Below are positions 26,328-35,237 of a stretch of 64,000 nt of DNA, in pieces. The notes under the pieces are model-generated. The model had not been told where the DNA came from. It saw only the letters and a program-made list of their open reading frames with translations, and did no database searches. Both the position numbers and the translations under genes were made by a program. This stretch comes from Anaerolineales bacterium. GTDB lineage: Bacteria > Chloroflexota > Anaerolineae > Anaerolineales > UBA4823. The stretch lies in NCBI GenBank assembly GCA_041736465.1, contig JBGSTO010000317.1:2547-66546 (forward strand), read 5' to 3'. Positions within the stretch are counted from its first letter, which is position 1, and each line of letters opens with the position of its first letter.

Positions 26328-28989
26328 AGATCCACTCCATCGTAGGGGAAACCCAAAGCGAGAACCGGGTCACGCCGGTGAGCGTGCGCACGGCGCATGG
26401 CAGCTTGCCCAAAGCCCGCACCGGCTCGACCAGCGCGGACCGGGTGCCTTCATCCATTTCCGGGTAAATCATCACCACGGTGCGCGGCGAACGCAGCACT
26501 TCCATCGAATCCAGAGGCAGACCGTTTGCTGATACAGTTATCTTCTCCAGCCGTACCTGGTCCGTGGGGATGTCATAATTGCGCGCCATCATCGAGTAGC
26601 CATCGATGCCCCACGGAGGCTCTGTCAGAAAAGCAAAAACCAAATTCTGCGGCTCGTTGGCTGTATGACCGCGAATATGCTCCATGATGCGCATGAACAG
26701 CATCACCGGCGATTGGTAGCCCGTCGAGCGTAGGGGCGAGAGCACATAGGCTTGATACAGGTTCAAACCCAACACAGCCAGCAGCACCGATCCCAGCAGC
26801 CATGCAGGCAGGGTTTGCGGGAAGCGCGGCAGCTTGCGAATCTGTGCCAACATCCATTCCAGGCCGAGCGCGGCGATCAAGGTCCAGAAGGGCAGCAGTA
26901 AGAACATGCGCGTGGTCGGGGGAAACCTCCCGCCGTGTGAGGTTCCGACCAGGAACAGCGAGGCGGCGAAACTTGCCAGTATGAACGCCCAGAAGCGGCT
27001 CTTCCAGCCGGACAGCAGCAGGGCGCACAAACCCAGGGCGAAGAAAATGCCGGTGAGCGCGTCCAGGTAAGCTACAGCCACGAAATGGCTTTCCTGCGGG
27101 ATGTATAAAAACGAAAGGAAAGCATACAAAAGGTTGCTTGCGAAATGGTTGCCCAAGCTGGCGGAACTGATGACAATGTCCGCCTGGTACAGCACGGTGC
27201 CTGGTATTTTCTCGCGCCAGTAATCAGCCTGGACCAGCAGCGGCAAGACCAGCAGCGCCAAAGACAGTCCCGCTGCCAGCCAGCGCCGTCTGGCTGGCAG
27301 CGTAATGGGCGGGTCGTAAAACAGCACCAACAATACGACCACCGGCAAACAATACAGCGCCGCCGGGTAAACGTAAAAGCACAGCCCTGCCGCCAGGCCC
27401 AACATCACCTGGGGGAAAAAGCTCCGGCTGCGCACTGCCCAGGCGCCGGCAGCCAGCACCAGCGAGGCGGCAAATAATGCTTGCAAATTATTGTAGCCGA
27501 TCTTCCCAAAGGTCATCAAGTAATGCGCCGGCGCCATCAACGCGATAGCCAGCAGGGAAACCCTGGCAGTCAGAAACTGCCTGAGGAACCAGTAAAGCAA
27601 GCCCAGTGAAAGCGCCGCCAGATAAAGATTGCTGATGCGCCAGCCAAAATTGCTGCTGCCGATGAAGATTCTGGCAAAGAAAGCCTGTATCACCGACGAG
27701 ATAAAGGGATGTGAGCCGTAAACCGCAGTGCCATCAAACAACTTATTGAGCGTGGAAAGCCAGTCCTGACTGCGAGCCAGCTCCTGGGCATAATCAAAAA
27801 AGCTGTATTCATCGCCAATGACTGAAAATTCCCACCCATCGATGCGGAAGGTATACAGGATCAAGGCGAAATTCACCAACCAAAAAATCCCCGGCAGGCT
27901 GACGGAGCTGCGCAGAACGATGAGCAGTGCACCCGCCAGTACCAATCCCCATAACCAAACAAATTGGCGATCGCCATAATAATGATACAGGAACAGCATC
28001 AGCAAAATGTGCAGCGCGGCCATCACCAGCGCCGGCATCCAATGTGGTTTGGCGGTTTGCAGGATATCTGCCGGTCGATGCTCTCGCAGGAAACCAGCCA
28101 GGATAAAAACCAGCACTGCTCCCAGGTACAGCCCGCCAAATCTCTGGCCCGTGACGATTTCGAGCACAAATACGCTCAAGGCGCAAATTACTGCACCAGC
28201 CATACCCCAGGCACTCACCCGCCGCTGCAGCGCGGATACCCTGGAAACGCCCGCTGGGTTATCCTGGGAAAACCCGGCCGGATCGTCGATGGGTTGCCCC
28301 AGCACTCTCACCAACCAGGGCAGCGCAAGCCAGCAGCCCAACACCGCCGCGAAATAGGCAGGCAGGCTGATGCTGCGCGCCAGGATGTTGTGCTCCCAGA
28401 ATTCATCCAACCATGGTAGGTTGAAGGGAAGCTCGAGCCAGCGATCACGCACAACCAGAATCGCCGGAAGTGCTGCGGCAAATATCAGGAGCGTCCAACC
28501 GGCGCCACGCACGGCTGCATTTGCCGGGAGCCGGAGACGTGCAGGCAGGTTCTGCCATGCCAGGCTGCGCGTGGGTAAGGCTGTTTCCGGGGACTGTAAT
28601 GGTGCAGTCCAATCGGGATCTGGAGCGGTAGGAGCTGGGATGACAGCGGCACGCCTCTCGATGGTGAACGAGACGCGATCCACAGCAGAAAAATCAAATG
28701 CAAGCTCTAACGGGACTCTGGCAGCAGCAGGGTTGGCCCCGGCATCCGGCTCAGGTTCATCCGGCTCCTGCTCATCGAGCCGGGCAGCTGTACTTCTGAG
28801 CCACTGCGGCAGTGAATATCGCAGCCAGGTCAGAACCGGAGAGTACTCGCCAAGTAATGTGGCAATCTGCCCGCCCGAACGCTTATCCAGGCCGCGCAGC
28901 CTGTTGAAACGCCTGAGCCAATAAATCAAGGCTGCATCCAAGACAACAGCCAGCAGCAGCACAAAGATGAGATATTCCCGGCTCGCCAT
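26311..28989 (-). CDS. GT-C-fold membrane glycosyltransferase-like protein (ArnT/PMT type), second tandem copy
   Basis: 892 aa. One N-terminal TM helix, a ~130-aa soluble segment, then many TM helices with loop motif VIGDEYSFFDYAQ, and a soluble C-terminal domain. Its stop overlaps the next gene by 17 nt. Confidence 0.7.
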   Translation of the reverse strand: MASREYLIFVLLLAVVLDAALIYWLRRFNRLRGLDKRSGGQIATLLGEYSPVLTWLRYSLPQWLRSTAARLDEQEPDEPEPDAGANPAAARVPLELAFDFSAVDRVSFTIERRAAVIPAPTAPDPDWTAPLQSPETALPTRSLAWQNLPARLRLPANAAVRGAGWTLLIFAAALPAILVVRDRWLELPFNLPWLDEFWEHNILARSISLPAYFAAVLGCWLALPWLVRVLGQPIDDPAGFSQDNPAGVSRVSALQRRVSAWGMAGAVICALSVFVLEIVTGQRFGGLYLGAVLVFILAGFLREHRPADILQTAKPHWMPALVMAALHILLMLFLYHYYGDRQFVWLWGLVLAGALLIVLRSSVSLPGIFWLVNFALILYTFRIDGWEFSVIGDEYSFFDYAQELARSQDWLSTLNKLFDGTAVYGSHPFISSVIQAFFARIFIGSSNFGWRISNLYLAALSLGLLYWFLRQFLTARVSLLAIALMAPAHYLMTFGKIGYNNLQALFAASLVLAAGAWAVRSRSFFPQVMLGLAAGLCFYVYPAALYCLPVVVLLVLFYDPPITLPARRRWLAAGLSLALLVLPLLVQADYWREKIPGTVLYQADIVISSASLGNHFASNLLYAFLSFLYIPQESHFVAVAYLDALTGIFFALGLCALLLSGWKSRFWAFILASFAASLFLVGTSHGGRFPPTTRMFLLLPFWTLIAALGLEWMLAQIRKLPRFPQTLPAWLLGSVLLAVLGLNLYQAYVLSPLRSTGYQSPVMLFMRIMEHIRGHTANEPQNLVFAFLTEPPWGIDGYSMMARNYDIPTDQVRLEKITVSANGLPLDSMEVLRSPRTVVMIYPEMDEGTRSALVEPVRALGKLPCAVRTLTGVTRFSLWVSPTMEWICAAGQ

Positions 28990-29045
28990 TCAGGATTAGA
29001 TGCTCGACCAGACCCTACTGCACGGCAGCTGGTCTGATACCCAGG

Positions 29046-30215
29046 TTACCGCAAGCCCAGCTCTGACCTTGAGATCACCAGCCTTTGGATTTCGCTGGTG
29101 CCTTCATAGATCTCCGTGATCTTGGCGTCACGGAAATAGCGCTCCACAGGCAGCTCTTTGCTGTAGCCCATGCCGCCGTGAATCTGCACGGCTGCATGGG
29201 TGACAAACATAGCCGTTTCGGAGGCGAACAGCTTCGCCATGGAGGCCTCCAGCGTGTAGCGCTCGCCCGTTCGCTTGGAGCGTTCCTTTGCCATCGCGGC
29301 GTTGTACACCAGCAGCCGGCTGGCCTCGATGCGTGTTTTCATGTCCGCCAGCTTGAAGGAGATGCCCTGGAAATCTCCGATCTTCTGCCCGAAGGCTTCG
29401 CGATCGCGGGCATAAGCCAGGCTGGCATCATACGCTGCCTGGGCAATGCCCAGCGCCTGGGCAGCGATGCCGATGCGCCCGGCATCCAAAACGGTCATAG
29501 CAACCTTGAAGCCCTCCCCCTCTTCGCCCAGGCGGTTTTCAGCCGGCAGGCGGTAATCTTCATAGACAATCTCACTGGTCGCTGAGGCGCGGATCCCCAA
29601 CTTGGGTTCTTTTTTACCAACCACAAAGCCAGGTTTGTCCGTTTCTGTGATGAAAGCCGTCACTCCGCGGTGCTTCTTTTCAGGTTGGGTCATCATGAAC
29701 ACCACGATGTAATCCGCCACCGGTCCGCTGGTGACCCAGGATTTGCGTCCGTTCAGCACGTAATGATCCCCGTTCAACACGGCCCGGCTGCGCATCGTGC
29801 CGGCATCCGAGCCCGACATCGGCTCGGTCAGCGAGTAGGCGCCGATGGCGCTCCCCGAGGCAACCGCCCCCATGTACTTTTGCTTTTGCATTTCACTGCC
29901 GAATTTGAGGATCCCATGGCAGAACAGCGAATTGTTGACCGACATGATGGTGCCATGTGCGGCATCGGCTTTACAGATTTCTTCCAAAGCCAGCGCGTAT
30001 GCCAGGGTATCCATGCCGGCGCCGCCGTACTCTTCCGGCACCTCAATGCCCATAAAGCCCATCCCACCCATCTTTTGTACCGTGGCAGAAGGAAAATCGC
30101 CCGTCTCGTCGAACTCGGCCGCGATGGGGGCGATCTCTTTTTGGGCAAAGTCACGCGCCGCCTGGCGGATCATCTCATGCTCGTCTGTCAGGGGAAACAA
30201 CCCGTTGCCGGTCAT
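29046..30215 (-). CDS. acyl-CoA dehydrogenase (short/butyryl-CoA type)
   Basis: 389 aa. Canonical ACAD sequence including the C-terminal YEGTSEIQRLVISR. Confidence 0.95.
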   Translation of the reverse strand: MTGNGLFPLTDEHEMIRQAARDFAQKEIAPIAAEFDETGDFPSATVQKMGGMGFMGIEVPEEYGGAGMDTLAYALALEEICKADAAHGTIMSVNNSLFCHGILKFGSEMQKQKYMGAVASGSAIGAYSLTEPMSGSDAGTMRSRAVLNGDHYVLNGRKSWVTSGPVADYIVVFMMTQPEKKHRGVTAFITETDKPGFVVGKKEPKLGIRASATSEIVYEDYRLPAENRLGEEGEGFKVAMTVLDAGRIGIAAQALGIAQAAYDASLAYARDREAFGQKIGDFQGISFKLADMKTRIEASRLLVYNAAMAKERSKRTGERYTLEASMAKLFASETAMFVTHAAVQIHGGMGYSKELPVERYFRDAKITEIYEGTSEIQRLVISRSELGLR

Positions 30216-30233
30216 GCAATCCTCCTCTTGATT

Positions 30234-30298
30234 GATCTGTCATCCTGAACGTGGTGAAGGATCTAGATCCTTTTGCGTGGCCCACGGGTGCGGCCAGC
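30234..30298 (-). repeat. intergenic repeat, arm-deleted copy, in the 5' leader of the acyl-CoA dehydrogenase gene
   Basis: gatctgtcatcctgaacgtggtgaaggatctagatcctt..ttgcgtggcccacgggtgcggccagc matches 13189-13278 but lacks about 22-24 nt of the second arm. Confidence 0.7.
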
Positions 30299-30372
30299 TC
30301 TTCATAGTAGTTGATCGGGGTGAAATGATTATAGCATGCCTGGAGAGTCCACGGGTGTCGCTCTCCCCTCAT

Positions 30373-32439
30373 ATGAGTGATAAAATCCCTGCCATGAATA
30401 TCCAAGCGTACCCGAAGGATAAACACTTCCCCTGGATAGTGTTAGGGCTGTTGTTATTAACTTTCGGGTTGTTCACCCCATGGTTGGGTTTATATTTTGA
30501 TGATTGGCCGGTGATAACCAATTTACACCTGCGTGATATCGGCACTTTCTGGGATTTTCATCGCTCCGACAGACCAGTAGCGGCCTGGACTTATATCGCA
30601 GCAGGCCCCATAGCAGGCACGCGACCAATCGCCTGGCAGTTCTTTTCAATCATCGCGCGGTGGGCCACCGTTTTAGGAGGTTGGTGGTTGCTGCGCGGTT
30701 TATGGCCCGCGCACAAACGTGAAGCTGCCTGGATGGCGCTGCTGTTTTCGATATTCCCGGCTTTCGACCAGCAAGCGATATCTGTAGCCTACAGCCAGCA
30801 TTGGATGATTTTCGCACTTTTCTGCGTTTCGATGGGATCCATGCTGCAGGCGGAACGTGACAAACGCCGTTTCTGGTTATGGACCATGCTGTCAGCAAGT
30901 ACAATGCTGGCTCATATTTTCAGCATGGAATACTTTTCCGGGCTGGAACTGCTTCGACCGCTGTTTTTATTTGTGGTGACAGCAGAAACCCATAAAGAAT
31001 GGACCCCCAGGTTAATCTATTCTATAAAACGCTGGCTGCCCTATTCGATGATCCTTGGTATTTTCGTGTTCTGGCGTTTGGTAATTTACCCGCAAAGTCG
31101 GGGGGATCCAAACAATCCACGCATATTGTTTGATCTTTTCAACCAACCAATATCAGCTCTTCTCACCTTAGCACAGTACGCCGTGCAGGATTTCCTGAAT
31201 ATCATGGTTGGATCCTGGTACAAAACCCTCGATCCATCTGCATATGTGCTGAACGACCGAATCGTAGTAATCTCACTGGTTAGCGCCGTTGTGCTTGGAG
31301 TACTCACATTTCTGACCTTGAGAGGGTTTCATCCAGAGACGAAAAACTCTGACGCAGACGGATCGCGCCCTGCCTGGATAAGACAAGCGATTATCATCGG
31401 CATCATAGGCGTTCTGCTTGGGGTATTTCCTGTATGGCTCACCGGTCGTCAAACGACATTGGGCTTATACGGCAGCCGTTTTTCACTGGCATCCATGTTA
31501 GGAGCCAGCATTTTCACGATTGCGGCCTTGGAATGGATCACCCCTCGCCGGCTTACCCGAATCGTGTTATTGAGCTTACTGATCAGCATCGCTGTGGGCT
31601 ACCATATTCGCCGCGTGGAGATATTCAATCGCTCCTGGGTAAAACAACAGCGCTTCTACTGGCAGCTCTCCTGGCGCATCCCAGAATTAAAATCCGGGGC
31701 TTCCATCGCGGCTGACGGCGAGCTGTTTCTCTATGTGGGGCGATATTCCACTGCCTTAGCGCTAAATCTTCTATACCCGGAAGATTTACCCTATCCAAAT
31801 ATCGGGCATTATTTCTATGAGCTTCCCGAACGAATCGAACGCCGCGCGGAAGCGCTTGCCGCAGGCGAGCCCATAGAGTGGAAATTTCGCAACTTTCTAT
31901 TCAAAGGCTCAACCAGAGATACCGTGCTAGTGTATTACGAGCCCGAATTGGGAAATTGTCTCTGGGTGTTGGAACCAGGCGATGTCGACAACCCGGAATT
32001 ACCGCTGTTGACCGCACAAGGACTGCCGGTTTCAAACCTTAATGTCATCTTGCCCGATCCCGAACCACAGAATGGTGTTCCCTCGCAAATCTTTGGAGCA
32101 GAGCCGGAACACAACTGGTGTTATTTCTTCCAAAAAGCCGACCTGGCACGTCAATTTGGCAACTGGCAGGATGTAGTTGATTTTGGCGAACAGGCCGAAA
32201 GCCTGGGGCACACTCCCAACAATCAACAAGAGTGGATCCCCTTTATCGAAGGTTATGCCCGGACCGGTAGATGGGAAGAAGCGATTGAGAAAACATTGCA
32301 CGTCCGGCGTGCCAATTTTCGAGTCAGCGGACGTTTGTGCAGGCTTTGGGAGCGGGTCACAAATGATATGCCGGTACCACAAGATTACAATGATCAGTTC
32401 AATGCCATGCTGGCACGCCTGGAATGCTCCACACCTTAA
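30373..32439 (+). CDS. large polytopic membrane protein, GT-C-like, third member of the cluster
   Basis: I chose the ATG at 30373 (or 30394), because the track start at 30232 lies inside the repeat element. About 14 TM helices with LYFDDWPV in the first loop and a soluble C-terminal ~230 aa. Sampled GC is about 47-48 %. Confidence 0.6.
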   Translation: MSDKIPAMNIQAYPKDKHFPWIVLGLLLLTFGLFTPWLGLYFDDWPVITNLHLRDIGTFWDFHRSDRPVAAWTYIAAGPIAGTRPIAWQFFSIIARWATVLGGWWLLRGLWPAHKREAAWMALLFSIFPAFDQQAISVAYSQHWMIFALFCVSMGSMLQAERDKRRFWLWTMLSASTMLAHIFSMEYFSGLELLRPLFLFVVTAETHKEWTPRLIYSIKRWLPYSMILGIFVFWRLVIYPQSRGDPNNPRILFDLFNQPISALLTLAQYAVQDFLNIMVGSWYKTLDPSAYVLNDRIVVISLVSAVVLGVLTFLTLRGFHPETKNSDADGSRPAWIRQAIIIGIIGVLLGVFPVWLTGRQTTLGLYGSRFSLASMLGASIFTIAALEWITPRRLTRIVLLSLLISIAVGYHIRRVEIFNRSWVKQQRFYWQLSWRIPELKSGASIAADGELFLYVGRYSTALALNLLYPEDLPYPNIGHYFYELPERIERRAEALAAGEPIEWKFRNFLFKGSTRDTVLVYYEPELGNCLWVLEPGDVDNPELPLLTAQGLPVSNLNVILPDPEPQNGVPSQIFGAEPEHNWCYFFQKADLARQFGNWQDVVDFGEQAESLGHTPNNQQEWIPFIEGYARTGRWEEAIEKTLHVRRANFRVSGRLCRLWERVTNDMPVPQDYNDQFNAMLARLECSTP

Positions 32440-32480
32440 TTGCACGCCGGATCGCTCATATTTGGAATACGGAGATACCG

Positions 32481-33200
32481 ATGAACGCTCAGGAAAACCC
32501 TCCAACCAGCGCCCAAAAGGTAATCGAGCGCCTGCGCACCCTTGCCAATGCGGATAACGTCGCCGGCATGGCGCGCTTCGGCATCAACTCGCAAAATACC
32601 CTGGGTATCTCCATCTACGTGCTGCGCGATATCGCCAAAGAGCTTGGGCGCAGCCACGCTCTCGCCCTGGAGCTTTGGGATACAGGCATTCACGAAGCTC
32701 GTATCCTGGCAGCTTACATTGCCGACCCGAGTCTGGTTTCCAGCGAAATGATGGAATCTTGGGTTTCAGGCTTCGACTCCTGGGACGTATGCGACCAGGT
32801 GTGCAGCAGTCTGTTCGACGCTTCGCCGCTGGCGGTAACCAAAGCGCTGGAATGGAGCGCTCGACCGGAGGAATTTGTTAAGCGGGCGGGGTTTGTCATC
32901 ATGGCCGCGCTGGCAGTCCACGACAAGCACCTCTCAGACGAACAATTCGAGGCTTTTCTGGAGATTATTGCCCGGGAAGCCGGTGACCCGCGCAACTTTG
33001 TCAAGAAAGCGGTCAATTGGGCGCTGCGCCAGATCGGCAAGCGTAGCCGCAGCTTGAATCAAAAAGCCGTTCAAACAGCCCGGCAGATACAATTACAAAC
33101 ATATGCAGAATCCAAGGCGACACGGACAGTCAGGTGGGTAGCCAGCGACGCCTTACGCGAGCTGACCAGCGAGAAGGTACAGGCGCGGCTGAAGCGTTGA
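32481..33200 (+). CDS. DNA alkylation repair protein (HEAT-like repeat, AlkD-type family)
   Basis: About 239 aa from the ATG at 32481 (SD ggag). WDVCDQ and VNWALRQIGKRS are typical of this family. Confidence 0.8.
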   Translation: MNAQENPPTSAQKVIERLRTLANADNVAGMARFGINSQNTLGISIYVLRDIAKELGRSHALALELWDTGIHEARILAAYIADPSLVSSEMMESWVSGFDSWDVCDQVCSSLFDASPLAVTKALEWSARPEEFVKRAGFVIMAALAVHDKHLSDEQFEAFLEIIAREAGDPRNFVKKAVNWALRQIGKRSRSLNQKAVQTARQIQLQTYAESKATRTVRWVASDALRELTSEKVQARLKR

Positions 33201-33264
33201 TGATATTATTACCATGCTGTACCAGTCAAATTCAATACGTTTGTTGTGATGAGTAGAAACTCAC

Positions 33265-35178
33265 ATGGCAAAGCAGACCTTCAAAGAAATCCTGATTGGC
33301 AAGCCATTCCCTACCAGCATGGACTCGCACGAACGCCTGGACAAAGTGCGCGCCCTGGCAGTGTTTGCTTCCGACCCAATTAGCTCGAACGCTTACGCTA
33401 CCGAAGCGATCATGAGCGTGCTGATTCTATTGGGCAGCCAGGCGTTACACCTGACCCTGCCTATAGGATTGGGCGTGGCATCTTTGGTGCTGCTGGTGAT
33501 ATTCAGCTACATACAAACCATCCTGCACTATCCAGATGGCGGGGGCGCCTACACGGTAGCCAAGGATAATCTGGGGCGGTTCCCCTCTCTGCTGGCAGCA
33601 GCAGCCTTGCTGATGGATTATATTCTGACCGTATCCGTATCTGTCTCGGCAGGCGTACGCGCCATCACCTCAGCCTTCCCGGATGCGTTCGAGTATCGTG
33701 TCGTAATATCTATAGCCGCCATCGCCATCCTGACCTGGATCAACCTGCGGGGAGTACGGGAGAGCGGGACGGTTTTTGCCATACCCACCTATGCATTCGT
33801 CGGCGGCGTATGGCTGGTAATTTTGGTCGGCCTGGTGCGGTATTGGGGCTGGTTCGGCGCGATCCCAATACCTGTAGTCCAAGAAATAACACCTCCGGAA
33901 CTTTCTGTAGCTGGCTTTGCTTACCTATGGCTCATTCTGCGCGCCTTTGCCGGCGGCTGCACGGCTTTGACCGGCATTGAGGCGATCAGCAACGGCATAC
34001 AGGCTTTCAAACCACCCGAATCCAAGAATGCTGCCAAAACCATGGTGGCGATGGGTTTCCTGGCAATGTCCCTCTTTCTAGGAATTACCTTCTTGTCCAC
34101 TCATATCAATCTCATCCCGGTCGAAACCGATAGCATTCTCTCCCAAATGACCAGGCGGGTTGCAGGTACCAGTGCGCTATATTATTGGGTGCAGATCTTC
34201 ACCGCTATGATCCTGATCCTGGCAGCCAATACCGCCTACCAGGACTTTCCACGTCTCAGTTCTTTCCTGGCAAAGGATAATTATATGCCGCGCTGGATGC
34301 AAACTCGCGGCGATCGCCTGGTGTTCAGCTCGGGGATCATCGTGCTGGCTCTGATTGCTTCATTGCTCGTCGTCTTCTTCCAGGCAGATGAAATCGCGAT
34401 GCTGCCGTTATACGCTCTGGGTGTAATGCTCAGCTTCAGCATTTCGCAGAGCGGCATGCTCCGCTTGATGGGACGTATCGCACACCTTAAACCCGGGGAA
34501 ACACTGCAAACCCAGGTAACCGAAATTCATTATGAGAGCAATGCAAAGTGGAAGCGCGCCCTGAACGCGGTTGGAGCAGTTGTGACTTTCGTTGTGTTCA
34601 TCATCCTGGCCAGTACGAAATTCCTCGAAGGCGCCTGGATTGTTATGGTGATCATTCCCGTTTTGATCCTTATGTTTTATTCGATTCACGCGCATTATGA
34701 ACGCGTCTCGAAAGCCTTGAGCACGCGCGATCTGAAGGCTGAGCAGATTTCGGAGGTCGCAGATGTGGTCGTCGTGCCCATTGCCGACGTACACCGCGGC
34801 TCCCTGCGCGCCTTGATGTATGCTCGCAGACTCTCGAAGGATGTGCGCGCCCTGTGTGTGGTCACCTCTCCTGAAATGAAAGAGCGCTTGCTGCGCCGCT
34901 GGGCGCGTTTCCCCAATGTTACCGAAGGGATAACGTTGGTGACCGTGGATTATGATTATCGCGACGTAATCACCCCCATCGTGACCTACATCGAGCAGGT
35001 GAACAACGAAGAATTTCCAGACCAGCTGACCACGGTGGTGGTGCCCGAGTTCGTCCCCACTTACAGGATCGGGAGTTTTTTGCATAATCAAACCGCCAAC
35101 CGCTTGCGTTCCGAGCTGCGAAACTACAAGGATATTGTGATCATCGACGTCCCGTTCCATATCGACTCGAAAGTTTAA
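33265..35178 (+). CDS. APC-superfamily transporter, KimA-like K+ importer homologue with a cytoplasmic C-terminal domain
   Basis: 637 aa. The N-terminus FKEILIGKPFPTS...ALAVFASDPISSNAYATEAI, GGGAYTVAKDNLG, GCTALTGIEAISNG and ANTAYQDFPRL match the KimA family as I remember it. Confidence 0.75.
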   Translation: MAKQTFKEILIGKPFPTSMDSHERLDKVRALAVFASDPISSNAYATEAIMSVLILLGSQALHLTLPIGLGVASLVLLVIFSYIQTILHYPDGGGAYTVAKDNLGRFPSLLAAAALLMDYILTVSVSVSAGVRAITSAFPDAFEYRVVISIAAIAILTWINLRGVRESGTVFAIPTYAFVGGVWLVILVGLVRYWGWFGAIPIPVVQEITPPELSVAGFAYLWLILRAFAGGCTALTGIEAISNGIQAFKPPESKNAAKTMVAMGFLAMSLFLGITFLSTHINLIPVETDSILSQMTRRVAGTSALYYWVQIFTAMILILAANTAYQDFPRLSSFLAKDNYMPRWMQTRGDRLVFSSGIIVLALIASLLVVFFQADEIAMLPLYALGVMLSFSISQSGMLRLMGRIAHLKPGETLQTQVTEIHYESNAKWKRALNAVGAVVTFVVFIILASTKFLEGAWIVMVIIPVLILMFYSIHAHYERVSKALSTRDLKAEQISEVADVVVVPIADVHRGSLRALMYARRLSKDVRALCVVTSPEMKERLLRRWARFPNVTEGITLVTVDYDYRDVITPIVTYIEQVNNEEFPDQLTTVVVPEFVPTYRIGSFLHNQTANRLRSELRNYKDIVIIDVPFHIDSKV

Positions 35179-35237
35179 GCGTCTCACTATGATGCTCCTG
35201 TGAAAATCCCGTACGAGAACCTGGATATACTTAAGCC

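Noticed and set aside
30232-30372. N-terminal extensions offered by the ORF track for several genes: 30232, 37050, 12084, 17470, 58912, 32424, 3896 and 41569.
   Set aside because: The extensions run through a repeat element, a terminator hairpin or an upstream gene, and they lack an SD. Internal ATGs with an SD and/or signal peptides give more plausible starts.
33245-33265. TGTGA-N11-TCACA inverted repeat ending in the start codon of the KimA-like gene, considered as a second CRP-type site.
   Set aside because: The half-site spacing is 11 nt rather than 6. It overlaps the initiation codon rather than a promoter. It is more likely a weak 5-bp hairpin or chance.
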